Virus record (IMG/VR): IMGVR_UViG_3300010265_000001
Strand: one strand, 5' to 3'
Origin: a virus
Length of the DNA: 46,486 bases
A model generated the notes under the pieces. It saw only the letters and a list, made by a program, of their open reading frames with translations, did no database searches and was not told the origin of the DNA. Of the stretch, positions 1-9,439 are shown piece after piece. The position numbers were made by a program, and so were the translations under genes. Within the stretch, counting starts at the first letter, position 1, and every line of letters starts with the position of its first letter.

Positions 1-123
1 CAACTCTGCAAAGGACTACAAAGCATCCGGAGCAGAAGGTGTCGGTGCAGCTCCCAACTCAGGGAACCAAGACGACGAACTCGACGTTGCTCAACAGGTG
101 AGCGCGATCGTGGACGTCTACAA
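1..123. repeat. Terminal direct repeat, identical to 46364-46486 (circular-closure overlap or terminal redundancy)
   Basis: Read directly: caactctgcaaaggactacaaagc...atcgtggacgtctacaa occurs at both window ends. This gives a unit genome of 46363 bp. Confidence 0.95.
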
Positions 124-151
124 CAAAATGAAGAACGGAGGTAGAAAGTAA
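1..151 (+). CDS. 3' end of the prohead protease/scaffold gene that begins at 45315 and continues across the circular junction
   Basis: The frame of the 45315 ORF runs through the overlap and ends ...VDVYNKMKNGGRK with TAA at 149-151. There is a TAATG overlap with the next start. Confidence 0.8.
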   Translation, partial: NSAKDYKASGAEGVGAAPNSGNQDDELDVAQQVSAIVDVYNKMKNGGRK

Positions 152-576
152 TGAGCAGACTCGACGAAAATCTCGGATCCGTGGCCTTCGATAACCTGAT
201 CAACCAGAATACTCCGGAGGCTGACGTATTCAGCGTACCCATGAGAGCCGGCCTCGGCGTCGTAACCCGCGGCACAGTTCTCGCATTGAGTTCAGGTACC
301 GGCGGCGATGCTGCCATGGTAATCCTCGGCACTCAGGCCATAGCGGATGAAACCCTGACAGCCAACTGCATCCTCGCTCAGGATGTCGATACCGGTACAG
401 AGGCCGGCGACCCTGTTACAGCTCTGGCATACAGAACGGGCCACTTCAACCGCAACAAACTCACCGTGAAAACGGGCTATACTCTGACAAAGGTCGACGA
501 GGAGAACCTCCGCAAGGGCGGCATCCTTCTCGATGACGCTGTCACATATAAAGGAGGAATGAAAAATGGCATTTGA
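151..576 (+). CDS. Head decoration protein (lambda gpD-like)
   Basis: 141 aa, sits immediately upstream of the gpE-like capsid gene. The Gly/Ala-rich core (GDAAMVILG...ALAYRTGHF) is typical of the head decoration family. Confidence 0.7.
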   Translation: MSRLDENLGSVAFDNLINQNTPEADVFSVPMRAGLGVVTRGTVLALSSGTGGDAAMVILGTQAIADETLTANCILAQDVDTGTEAGDPVTALAYRTGHFNRNKLTVKTGYTLTKVDEENLRKGGILLDDAVTYKGGMKNGI

Positions 577-1636
577 CATTTACAGCACCCACGCCCTGCT
601 CATGGCAGTGGAACAGCTCGCGCCCCTTCGCACATTCCTGCGCGACAGATATTTTCCAACCAACGACGCGACCGACATCTTCGCGACTGACGACGTGCTC
701 GTTGAGTACAAGGACGGCAGCAAGAAGCTGGCCCCATTCGTATCGCCGAGAAAGGGCGGCGTTACCATCACTCGCGAGGGCTACTACATGGAGAGATACA
801 CCCCTCCATTCATCGCACCCCGCAGAGTGCTCACCATTGACGACCTCAAGAAAAGAGGCTTCGGCGAGGCTCTGTTCAGCAAACTGACACCTCAGCAGCG
901 TGAAAGTGCTCTGCTGCTGAAGGACGCCGACGAAATGAGCGAAATGATCTCCAGACGTGAGGAAGCCATGGCAGCCGAGACCATGCTCAACAACGGCTGC
1001 ATCATGAGACACTACGCTGACGATCTGACCAAGTACGAGGAGAAAGAAATTCGCTTTTATAGCGAAGCAAACAATCCGGCAGTCTATACTCCGGCCATTG
1101 AATGGGATCAGGCTGGCGCTGACATCATTGGAGACATAGCAGCCATGGCCAGACTCCTGACTTCCAGAGGGCTCCCTGCTTCCGAGCTTATCGTGGCTCC
1201 GGACGTTGCCGACACTATCGTCAACAACGAGAAGATCCAAAAGCTCCTCGACATTAAGAACTTCAACCTCGGAACCGTTGACCCGAAAACTCTCCCCGCC
1301 GGTGCCACTCTCGTTGCCGTTCTCAATGTTCACGGCAGAATGATCTCCGTCATCAGCTACGACGAGCAGTATGAGAATGACGACGGACAAATGACCCAGT
1401 ACATCCCGGCTGGAAAGGTAATCCTTACAGCTCCCGGAGCTGGCCGCACACTGTACGGAGCAGTCACTCAGGTCGAACAGTACGATGGACAGTTCCACAC
1501 CTACGCAGCAAGACGTGTTCCGAAGTATCTGGCAAGTGCCGAAGGCAACACCAGAACCTTGACAATTACCAGCTGCCCGTTGCTGATCCCGAACCAGAAG
1601 AACCCATGGATCTCCGCAACGGTTATAAACGGATAA
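566..1636 (+). CDS. Major capsid protein (lambda gpE family)
   Basis: 356 aa. N-terminus MAFDIYSTHALLMAVEQLAPLRTFLRDRYFP and overall length match the Phage_cap_E family. RBS is aaaggagg. Confidence 0.85.
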   Translation: MAFDIYSTHALLMAVEQLAPLRTFLRDRYFPTNDATDIFATDDVLVEYKDGSKKLAPFVSPRKGGVTITREGYYMERYTPPFIAPRRVLTIDDLKKRGFGEALFSKLTPQQRESALLLKDADEMSEMISRREEAMAAETMLNNGCIMRHYADDLTKYEEKEIRFYSEANNPAVYTPAIEWDQAGADIIGDIAAMARLLTSRGLPASELIVAPDVADTIVNNEKIQKLLDIKNFNLGTVDPKTLPAGATLVAVLNVHGRMISVISYDEQYENDDGQMTQYIPAGKVILTAPGAGRTLYGAVTQVEQYDGQFHTYAARRVPKYLASAEGNTRTLTITSCPLLIPNQKNPWISATVING

Positions 1637-1653
1637 GAACAGGAGGGTAACTG

Positions 1654-2106
1654 ATGATCAAGATCATAAAAGGCACCTACGGGTACCGCAAGGGTAACAG
1701 GATAATACCGAAAACCCCAGCGGATGATCCGTTCACAGCTACCCCGGAGCAGGAAGCGCGCCTTGTCAGACTGGGCGTGGCCGTGTATGTAGACGCACCC
1801 GTGGAAGCACCGACCGCGCCTACGCCTAAAGCTCCGGAAGCAGAAACAGGCAGTAAGGACGTCGACGAGCTGCCTGCGTACAATATTGACATGAAGCTCG
1901 ACGAGCTGAAGGAGATCGCCAAAGCCTACGGAGTGGATGCTTCAGATGCTCGCAAGAAGGCCGACGTCATCGCCATGATCGAAGCTGCCAAAGCTGAAAC
2001 TCAGGAAGAAAACGATCAGGACGATGAGGATCCGGAGAATGAAATACCTGAAGCATACGACGACGGCGAGGAACCCCCTTCACTCGACGCAGCTGATCCG
2101 GTGTAA
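1654..2106 (+). CDS. Acidic head-module protein with an HeH/Rho-N-like motif
   Basis: 150 aa. LDELKEIAKAYGVDASDARKKADVIAMIEAAK resembles a Rho N-terminal/SAP-like helix-extended-helix. Acidic C-terminal tail. RBS aggaggg. Confidence 0.5.
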   Translation: MIKIIKGTYGYRKGNRIIPKTPADDPFTATPEQEARLVRLGVAVYVDAPVEAPTAPTPKAPEAETGSKDVDELPAYNIDMKLDELKEIAKAYGVDASDARKKADVIAMIEAAKAETQEENDQDDEDPENEIPEAYDDGEEPPSLDAADPV

Positions 2107-2111
2107 TTATA

Positions 2112-2429
2112 ATGTCCTCATTCAAGGACATGGTGAAAGCAGACCGCGGCATCTTCCTGAACATCGACGAGTTCGGGGAGATGCACAAGGTCGAGGGCAA
2201 AAACATACCGGTCGTCATTGACGACGACAAACTCAGAGAGCGGCAAGGTGGCGCGGAGGTCGGAGTGGCCGAGTCAAGCCTGCTGCTCTTTGCGTATGTC
2301 GAGGATCTTCCTCCTCGCCGGGGAGCCGGCGAGAGTCTCAATGTTGACGGCCGTGAGTATATCGTGAACGACTGGAGCGAGGACATGGGCGTCGCTCAAA
2401 TAGCCCTCGGTCAAAGCCGTACAGTATAG
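2112..2429 (+). CDS. Hypothetical head-tail connector/head-closure protein (call based on position)
   Basis: 105-aa ORF between the capsid and tail genes. No motif recognised. Confidence 0.4.
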   Translation: MSSFKDMVKADRGIFLNIDEFGEMHKVEGKNIPVVIDDDKLRERQGGAEVGVAESSLLLFAYVEDLPPRRGAGESLNVDGREYIVNDWSEDMGVAQIALGQSRTV

Positions 2430-2442
2430 GAGGCGCAGCATT

Positions 2443-3051
2443 ATGACGATCGTGCAAATTATTGACAAGATCACAGCGTGGGCCGATGCGAATATCTGCA
2501 AACAGATTAAGCTCAAGCTCCCAGATGACAACGCAGCAGACTCCTCCTTCGACTACACGGAAACAAACCCGGCGGCCTTTGCGCTTTTTGTTCCAACAAA
2601 AGATAAACTGCCGCCAAAGGTGGCCGCTCCCATCCCTTCCCTCTGCGTTCAGTTCACCGAAGGAACAGATCGGATGACTGAAAACAAGGGCACTCTCAAA
2701 GTGCGCATGAGCTTGTCGGCATGGAACCCGGGAACCCATGGCCCGGAACTATTTCATGCAAACGGTAACGGCTCATACACCCGATATAACACACCGGAAG
2801 CCCGGGCCCTATTTACCCGGCACGGCGAAGGCTGGCGTGACGTCTGGAACTTCGTGGACGCGGCACTGCTGGCGCTCGAAAGTACGGAATACATCGACGG
2901 CCTGCGCATAGTCAAGGAGGACGGCATCAGCTTCGGGCCGTTCATGGAGCAAGATGCGATCTCCGACTGGTACCCTTACTGGTTCGCGTGGATCACCTTC
3001 ACGGTGGAGCGTGGGCTGGCTCGGGTGCCAGAATACAATCAATACCTATAA
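2443..3051 (+). CDS. Hypothetical neck/tail-completion protein (call based on position)
   Basis: 202-aa ORF directly upstream of the sheath gene. RBS aggagg. Confidence 0.4.
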   Translation: MTIVQIIDKITAWADANICKQIKLKLPDDNAADSSFDYTETNPAAFALFVPTKDKLPPKVAAPIPSLCVQFTEGTDRMTENKGTLKVRMSLSAWNPGTHGPELFHANGNGSYTRYNTPEARALFTRHGEGWRDVWNFVDAALLALESTEYIDGLRIVKEDGISFGPFMEQDAISDWYPYWFAWITFTVERGLARVPEYNQYL

Positions 3052-3069
3052 TTCAGAGAGGTGAAGAAC

Positions 3070-4545
3070 ATGGCAAATGAATATTTATACGGCGCGTTCG
3101 GCCACATCGGCGACGATGTCGCACAAAACGCCACGCAGGCCGGCACGGTTCCCGTATATGTCGGTGTAGCGCCTGTCAACCTCGTCAGAGGATATGCGAA
3201 CGCCGGGATCATCAACACCCCGGTGAAGCTGTCCAACATCAACGAGGCCAAGAGGAAGATCGGCTATACAGACAACTGGGCCGGCTTCAGCTTATGCGAG
3301 GCCATTGACGCGCATTTTAACAACACCATCGGAAACGTGGGCCCGATATTCGTGATCAATGTCCTCGATCCGACGACTCACGCAAAAAGCTCACCAACGA
3401 CCAAGCAGCTGACATTCGCCAATAAAATGGCCACCATCGTCAGCGACACGATTATCCTCGACACCTTTGCACTCGATGAAAAGGTCGAGGGTGTGGACTA
3501 CCGCCTGAGCTACGATTATGGAACCAATACCCTGACGATCTTCGACATCGGCGAGACCTCCATGACAACGATCGAGGCATCTTATTCCGAGGTCGACCTT
3601 ACCAAGATCACGAAGGAAACCATCATCGGTGGCATAACCAGCGACGGCGTTGCCTCTGGACTGGCTGCAATCAAATTCCTGTATCCGAACTTCAACGCAG
3701 TGGCCAACCTTATCGCTGCCCCCGGATGGAGCAAGATCCCTGAAGTCTACACTGCCATGGTGGCAGCGTCGCAAAAAATCAACGGGCACTGGGACGCCTT
3801 CGTTCTGGCCGACATACCGATCAAGGACGGCGAGAACAAGGTGGACACCATCGACAAGGCCAAACAATGGAAGAACGACAACAACTACAAGTCCGAAAGG
3901 TCAAAGGTTTACTGGCCTATGGGCGCTAACGGTTCAAAGATCTACCACCTGAGCACCATGGCCGTCGTTGAAATGATGCGTGCAGACTTCAGCCATAAGT
4001 CAATCCCGATGGAGACACCGGGCAATAAACCGATCCCGATCACAAGGCAATACTTCGGCCCTGACTCTCCGAACCAAGGCTTCGACCAGCAGGAGGCCAA
4101 GGAACTGACCAGCAACGGCATCAGCACGGCCATCTACTGGGAAAGCAACTGGAGACTATGGGGAGACCACACGGCGGCTTACACCTACGGCGGCTCCTTC
4201 AACGCTCGCGCTATCTTCGATACGTCCATGAGGATGCTCATGCACATCACGAACTCCTTCCAGCGCGAATGGGGCACCTCCATCGACGAGCCGATGGCTC
4301 TCTCCCTTCAGGAGACTATCCTGAACCGCGAGCAGGAAAAGCTCGAAACCCTTAAAAGCGAGGGCGCTCTGATCGGGAACCCGAAAGTCTACTTTTTAGA
4401 GAGCGAAAACCCGACCAATGACATGATGAACGGCGACTTCCGCTGGGACATCTGCGTCACACCTACGCCGCCTCTCAAGAGCGCGACCGTTTATGTGACA
4501 TATACGGACGAGGGCTTCGCTGCTTACTTTGGAGGTGAACAGTAA
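3070..4545 (+). CDS. Contractile tail sheath protein
   Basis: About 490 aa. N-terminus MANEYLYGAFGHIG...VPVYVGVAP is typical of P2 FI/Mu L-type sheaths and the tube gene follows. ATG 3070 is preferred over GTG 3061 because of RBS spacing. Confidence 0.85.
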   Translation: MANEYLYGAFGHIGDDVAQNATQAGTVPVYVGVAPVNLVRGYANAGIINTPVKLSNINEAKRKIGYTDNWAGFSLCEAIDAHFNNTIGNVGPIFVINVLDPTTHAKSSPTTKQLTFANKMATIVSDTIILDTFALDEKVEGVDYRLSYDYGTNTLTIFDIGETSMTTIEASYSEVDLTKITKETIIGGITSDGVASGLAAIKFLYPNFNAVANLIAAPGWSKIPEVYTAMVAASQKINGHWDAFVLADIPIKDGENKVDTIDKAKQWKNDNNYKSERSKVYWPMGANGSKIYHLSTMAVVEMMRADFSHKSIPMETPGNKPIPITRQYFGPDSPNQGFDQQEAKELTSNGISTAIYWESNWRLWGDHTAAYTYGGSFNARAIFDTSMRMLMHITNSFQREWGTSIDEPMALSLQETILNREQEKLETLKSEGALIGNPKVYFLESENPTNDMMNGDFRWDICVTPTPPLKSATVYVTYTDEGFAAYFGGEQ

Positions 4546-5051
4546 TGCCATGGATGGATATTAAAAGCACAAACATCGCCGACACGGTTTACTCCGACGG
4601 CGTTCTCGTGGCCAAGGACGTGGCCTTCACCCTTCCGGCCATCACACCGTTAGCCGGCGAAGCTCAGGCCATGGGATCCATGGAGGTCATCGCCGTCGGC
4701 CTTATTGAGGCCATGGAGGCAACCATCACAAAGATCGGCACAGATCTCGGCCTCAGCCGCATGATGCGCCTCGAAAAGCAGAACCTCGAGTTCAGGTGGG
4801 TGCACAATGTGAGCTTATCGGATGGCACCAGCAAGCCAGAGGGCTGCAAGGCGTTTATCCGTGGCGTGCCGAAATCCCTGCCGGCCATCGGCGTGGAAAT
4901 CGGATCTAACTCCGAGAACGAGATCGCGTTCGCGGTTACTCGTTACCAGCTATTTGTCGGAGGCACGGAGATCCTGCTCGTGGATAGATTGAGCCAGATC
5001 TTGAGGATCAACGGCGTCGACTATTACAGCAAGATCAACAGTCTATTATAA
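4545..5051 (+). CDS. Tail tube protein (P2 FII-like)
   Basis: 168 aa, TAATG-coupled to the sheath gene. Size and position are typical of a myovirus tube protein. Confidence 0.75.
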   Translation: MPWMDIKSTNIADTVYSDGVLVAKDVAFTLPAITPLAGEAQAMGSMEVIAVGLIEAMEATITKIGTDLGLSRMMRLEKQNLEFRWVHNVSLSDGTSKPEGCKAFIRGVPKSLPAIGVEIGSNSENEIAFAVTRYQLFVGGTEILLVDRLSQILRINGVDYYSKINSLL

Positions 5052-5055
5052 TCTA

Positions 5056-5090
5056 AAGCCCCCGGGAGAAAGCCCTCGGGGGCTTTTTAT
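5056..5090 (+). terminator. Rho-independent terminator after the tube gene
   Basis: The stem agcccccg/cgggggct is followed by tttttat. Confidence 0.75.
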
Positions 5091-5108
5091 TGAAAGGAGT
5101 CAGAACCA

Positions 5109-5525
5109 ATGGAAAGCATCAAACTCAAAAACCCGATCATGATCAACGGCAAGAAGGTCACAGAGCTGACATATGACGCGAACGAAATCACTCCGCAGGC
5201 GTTCGCTGAAGCGGATGCCAGAAAACTGAGAGCATCTGGATCAAAGGGTGGCAACCTGTCCGGGGCCGTGGAGCTCGACTATGGCCTCCACCTCTATCTC
5301 GGCTTCGCTGCCATTCAGGCCGTGAACCCTTCGTATGACATCACTGATCTCGAACGCATCAAAGGCGTGGACGTCATGGAGGTAATGAAGATCGGCCGAA
5401 ATTTTATTTTAAGCTCGGCGGGCAAGTCACAGCAAGACGACTCAGAAGATGCATCAGAGACTATGCCAGAGTCTACCACACCAGCGTCACCGAACTCGAA
5501 AAAAGGCGAGTCATTGACTTCCTAA
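5109..5525 (+). CDS. Tail assembly chaperone (gpG/P2 gpE-like), zero-frame product
   Basis: 138-aa ORF between the tube and tape-measure genes with an acidic C-terminus, which is the canonical position. Confidence 0.75.
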   Translation: MESIKLKNPIMINGKKVTELTYDANEITPQAFAEADARKLRASGSKGGNLSGAVELDYGLHLYLGFAAIQAVNPSYDITDLERIKGVDVMEVMKIGRNFILSSAGKSQQDDSEDASETMPESTTPASPNSKKGESLTS

Positions 5526-5629
5526 TCGACTACGCAGAGGCCGCGGAGGAGCTGGCAGAAGAACAGAAAAGGCGTGAGAAAAACGCCAAACATAAGTACC
5601 AGCCAAGGGCCAAATATAGAGGGAGGTGA
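5109..5629 (+). CDS. Tail assembly chaperone, -1 frameshift product (gpGT/P2 E+E'-like)
   Basis: From the A6G slip site at 5499-5505, the -1 frame stays open for 41 codons (RRVIDFLIDYAEAAEELAEEQKRREKNAK...). It stops at TGA 5627-5629, right at the tape-measure start. Confidence 0.65.
5499..5505 (+). promoter_or_regulatory. Putative -1 programmed ribosomal frameshift slippery site (AAAAAAG)
   Basis: tcg aaa aaa ggc in the zero frame, with a conserved position near the chaperone 3' end. Confidence 0.6.
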
Positions 5630-7920
5630 GCGTATTGGCCAAAAGTAAAACCTTGCAAGCTATTGTCGAGATCGCCGGTACGATCAGCCCCACCCTCGGC
5701 AAGTCTATCGAGGAGGCAACCGGCAAGCTCGAGGGCATCAACGTCAAAGCTCTGGCCGTGGGTGCAGCCGTCGGCGGCATAGCGATCGCCACAGGCAAAG
5801 CAGTCATGGAGGCCGGGCAATACCTCACGGATCTCGGCGGCCGGTTCGATGAAGCAACGGACGCGATCAGGATCGGAACCGGCGCAACCGGTGAAGCGCT
5901 CGACGCTCTCCTGTCCGACTTCGACGAGGTATACAAAAGCGTACCGACGACCATGGAGGACGCCAGCAAGGCCATCGCCGACTACAACACCCGCCTCGGG
6001 CTGACCGGCGAGCCCCTTCAGGAGATCTCAAAGCAGGCCCTCCAAGTCAGCAATATGCTGGGGGATGACCTGAACGGAGTCATCGAGGGATCGTCTCAAG
6101 CCTTCCAAGCATGGAATATCGACGCCGAAAAGATGGGCGAGGCCATGGACTTCGTATTTAAGGCCAGCCAAGCAACAGGCATCGGCTTCACCGAGCTCAT
6201 GCAAAAGGCTCAGCAATTCGCTCCGCAGCTTCAAGAAATGGGCTACAGCTTCGAGGATGCCACTGCTCTGATCGGTCAGATGGAAAAGGCCGGCGTGCAG
6301 ACCGATGAAGTTCTGGCAGCCATGAAAAAGAGCGTCGGGGCTCTTGCAAAAGAGGGCTACTCGGCGAGCGAAGGGCTTCAGCTCTATTATGAAAAAATCA
6401 AGAACGCAGGCAGCGCAGCCGAAGCGACGACCATCGCCAGCGAGATCTTCGGAGCTCGTGCTGGCTCAACGATGGCCGCAGCCATCCGGGACGGAACTCT
6501 TGCGGTCGAGGACTTTACTGCCTCACTCAAAGAGAACAGCGAGACCATATTGGGTGCAGCTGAGGACACGATGGACTTCCCTGAGCGGCTGCAAATGTTC
6601 AAACAGCAGGCAGAAGTCGCGCTCAAACCACTGGCCAACACCATGTTCGACTCCCTCAACAGCCTAATGCCCGTTGTCGCTGAGGCGATGGAGTCACTGG
6701 CCCCGATTATTGAGGAGACCGTGACCGTGCTGCAACCACTTATCACCGAGTTATTCAGCGGCCTGCTGCCTGTACTCAAGAGGCTCCTGCCGATGATCGT
6801 GGATATAGGAGGCAGACTATTGACTACCCTCATTCCCCCGGTCATGAAGTTATTTAATTCAATTATGCCGATCGTGCTGCAACTGCTCGAGGCGCTCATG
6901 CCGATATTGGATGTCATCATCCAGCTGCTCGGGCCGATCCTCGACCTGATCGTCGCGGTGCTCCAGCCTGTACTCGACCTGATAAGTCAGGCCATCGCTC
7001 CGCTGATCCTCGTGCTCTCGCAGCTAATCAACGCGGTACTTCAACCGCTGGGGCCGATCATCGAGTGGATCTCCGGGCTATTCACTGAAGTGCTCGGCAA
7101 CGCCATCGCCGGCATAAAACCGATAATTGACGCGCTGATCACTGTATTCAGCGGCGTGATCGACTTCGTGAAAAACATATTCGCAGGCAACTGGCAGGGC
7201 GCGTGGGATGCAGTCGTCAAGATATTCTCCGGAATATGGGACGGAATGGTGGCCATATTCAAGGCACCAATAAACTGGATCATCGACGGCATCAATATGT
7301 TCCTGAAGGGCCTGAACAAACTCAAGATCCCCGACTGGGTACCGCTCGTCGGCGGTAAAGGCATTAACATCCCGCTGATCCCGAGACTGGCAGCCGGTGG
7401 CTTCACCGATGGCATAAGTATCGCCGGTGAGGCCGGCATGGAGGCAGTAATCTCCTTCCTCCCTCAGTTCAGGAAGGAAAATATTGAATACTGGAAAAAA
7501 GCCGGTGAGCTGCTCGGAGTAATTGACAAAAACCAGCCGATCGTCGTGTCAATAGATGGGCTTCCGGCGTTCGCTTCCGGCGGCTTCACCGATGGAATAA
7601 GCATCGCCGGAGAAGCTGGTACAGAGGCCATTATATCTTTTGACCCGGCACACCGCAAAGAGAATATAGGCTACTGGGCCCAAGCCGGTCAACTTCTCGG
7701 GCTGGACGACTTCTCTCTCGCCGGGCTGACGGAGTCCACAGTCATCATTTACGACTTCTCTGGCTTCCACTACAACCCGCAGATCGAGGCCGATGGAAAC
7801 ACAGACACCAGCGATCTCATGGAAAAACTGAAGCAGCACGAGCTCGAGTTCTTCGACTGGCTCGAGCGCTGGCTGGCCAGAAGGGAGGTCGGAGACTTTG
7901 CGCGTCACGCGATTTATTAA
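5626..7920 (+). CDS. Tail tape measure protein
   Basis: 764 aa, Ala/Gly/Leu-rich and helical, with a hydrophobic central block. Located after the chaperone pair. The start could be GTG 5626 or TTG 5635. Confidence 0.85.
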   Translation: MSVLAKSKTLQAIVEIAGTISPTLGKSIEEATGKLEGINVKALAVGAAVGGIAIATGKAVMEAGQYLTDLGGRFDEATDAIRIGTGATGEALDALLSDFDEVYKSVPTTMEDASKAIADYNTRLGLTGEPLQEISKQALQVSNMLGDDLNGVIEGSSQAFQAWNIDAEKMGEAMDFVFKASQATGIGFTELMQKAQQFAPQLQEMGYSFEDATALIGQMEKAGVQTDEVLAAMKKSVGALAKEGYSASEGLQLYYEKIKNAGSAAEATTIASEIFGARAGSTMAAAIRDGTLAVEDFTASLKENSETILGAAEDTMDFPERLQMFKQQAEVALKPLANTMFDSLNSLMPVVAEAMESLAPIIEETVTVLQPLITELFSGLLPVLKRLLPMIVDIGGRLLTTLIPPVMKLFNSIMPIVLQLLEALMPILDVIIQLLGPILDLIVAVLQPVLDLISQAIAPLILVLSQLINAVLQPLGPIIEWISGLFTEVLGNAIAGIKPIIDALITVFSGVIDFVKNIFAGNWQGAWDAVVKIFSGIWDGMVAIFKAPINWIIDGINMFLKGLNKLKIPDWVPLVGGKGINIPLIPRLAAGGFTDGISIAGEAGMEAVISFLPQFRKENIEYWKKAGELLGVIDKNQPIVVSIDGLPAFASGGFTDGISIAGEAGTEAIISFDPAHRKENIGYWAQAGQLLGLDDFSLAGLTESTVIIYDFSGFHYNPQIEADGNTDTSDLMEKLKQHELEFFDWLERWLARREVGDFARHAIY

Positions 7921-8125
7921 CTATACCACAAGGCGGGGCGACACCTTCGACGCGCTCGCCCTGTCTGTTTATAACGACGAGAAAATGGCGAGCCGCATCA
8001 TCGAATACAACCCAGATTATGCCGACGTCATAATATTCGATGCTGACGTGCCGCTGAGGATCCCTATTTTCGACAGCGTGGAAACGCCCGCCACGCTGCC
8101 GCCATGGAGGCAAAGCACATCATGA
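7898..8125 (+). CDS. Tail protein X (P2 gpX-like, LysM-like fold)
   Basis: 75 aa. YTTRRGDTFDALALSVYNDEKMASRIIEYNP...IPLRIP is LysM-like, as in the Phage_tail_X family. Non-ATG start. Confidence 0.65.
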   Translation: MRVTRFINYTTRRGDTFDALALSVYNDEKMASRIIEYNPDYADVIIFDADVPLRIPIFDSVETPATLPPWRQSTS

Positions 8126-9045
8126 AGCTAATATACGAAGGTGTGGATATATGGCCGAGTGTCTCGGTCAATGCCTGCGTCCATGAAATGAACGCATCCG
8201 GCCGCAGCGACACACTGGTCATACGCTTTAACGACACCAAGGGCCTCTGGAGCAAATGGAACCCGGTCAAGGGCGAAAAGGTCGAGCTCGTTGAGGGCGC
8301 GGCCCGTACCGGGAAAATGTTCGTCTCCGGCATCGAACCGGAGAACGGGCTCTTTACATTGAGAGCGATGTCCATGCCCCTGAGTGGCGAGAACATCAAC
8401 AACAGGTCATGGGAGTCCATCGGCTTCCTGCAACTGGGACAAGACATAGCAAAACGGCACGGCCTCGACTTTGCATACTACGGCGTGAAGGATCAGATTT
8501 ACCCTTACCTATCACAGAACGGCATGACCGACTTCGAGTTCTACCTTCAGAGGTGCCAGCTTGAAGGATGCGGGATGCTTATATTTGACGGGAAGCTGAT
8601 CGTCTACGACGAGCGGTATATTGAAGGACTGGAGCCGACTGCCACGCTGGAGATCGGCGAGGATGGTGTGTTCGAGTATTTTGACAACAGCGCCCTCTCT
8701 TATGGCTCCGCAGAGGTAGTCAGCGGGAAATATAAAGGAACATTCACCGCGCCAAACGGTGGCAACTCCAGCCGAGTGCTAAGGCCGAGGAACCCGATCA
8801 ACTGCACAAGTAACGGCGAGGCCATGAGATACGCTAAGAACCTGCTCAGGGCAGCAAACAAGGAAAGCTACACCGGAACCATCAAAAAGAGCCTCCTGCT
8901 GGGCTATGCTGCGGCCAGCCTAATCAATATCAAGACAGCCAAGGCCAGCACATGGGACGGCCCTGTTTTCATTACCAAAGCCCGCCACGACTACATCAAG
9001 GGAGAGACAAAACTCTTTTTCAGGAAACTATTGGAGGGATATTGA
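8122..9045 (+). CDS. Late control gene D-like tail/baseplate hub protein (P2 gpD-like)
   Basis: About 307 aa, ATGA-coupled to the gpX-like gene. P2-like gene order X-D. Confidence 0.65.
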   Translation: MKLIYEGVDIWPSVSVNACVHEMNASGRSDTLVIRFNDTKGLWSKWNPVKGEKVELVEGAARTGKMFVSGIEPENGLFTLRAMSMPLSGENINNRSWESIGFLQLGQDIAKRHGLDFAYYGVKDQIYPYLSQNGMTDFEFYLQRCQLEGCGMLIFDGKLIVYDERYIEGLEPTATLEIGEDGVFEYFDNSALSYGSAEVVSGKYKGTFTAPNGGNSSRVLRPRNPINCTSNGEAMRYAKNLLRAANKESYTGTIKKSLLLGYAAASLINIKTAKASTWDGPVFITKARHDYIKGETKLFFRKLLEGY

Positions 9046-9425
9046 TGGCAAACATTGAAAAAGGCACGATCCTGACCATTGAAGGCCCTGCCGATAGAAA
9101 TGGAGACTTGACCATGGCCAGAGTGAGCCCGAGCCAAAGCAACAGCCTCGTCTCCCGACCCGTGGTCATACCGTGGTATATGCGCGGTGCTTCCGGAAAC
9201 CTCAAGAAAGGCACCGAGGTCATTTATGTGATATTCGACGACCACACCGGGCAGCTGCTCAGCCGGATGGACGGCGAATGGTTCGGCATACTCCGAGGAG
9301 ACGTCGAGATCAATGGCAGCCTCGCGGTCGGTGGCGACATCGCCACCGGAAGCCTCGACAGCGTCAATGGCCACGTCCATGGCGGCGTTGAACCCGGCAG
9401 CTCGACAACGAGCGGCCCACAGTAA
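9045..9425 (+). CDS. Baseplate spike/assembly protein V-like
   Basis: 126 aa starting MANIEKGTILTIEG, TGATG-coupled. OB-like N-terminus and Gly-rich C-terminus as in P2 V/Mu gp45. Confidence 0.6.
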   Translation: MANIEKGTILTIEGPADRNGDLTMARVSPSQSNSLVSRPVVIPWYMRGASGNLKKGTEVIYVIFDDHTGQLLSRMDGEWFGILRGDVEINGSLAVGGDIATGSLDSVNGHVHGGVEPGSSTTSGPQ

Positions 9426-9439
9426 AGGAGGCGGTTCTA

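Noticed and set aside
542-1498. 318-aa minus-strand ORF opposite the major capsid gene
   Set aside because: The + strand ORF is an unmistakable gpE-family capsid protein, so the antisense ORF is an artefact.
8952-9044. Longer N-terminal extensions proposed by the ORF track for several genes (for example 8952, 10003, 10400, 11644, 12546, 22057, 23404, 31321, 32100, 32525, 35556)
   Set aside because: In each case an internal start with a good AGGAGG-type RBS or ATGA/TGATG coupling removes an out-of-frame-looking, Arg-rich leader that overlaps the upstream gene.
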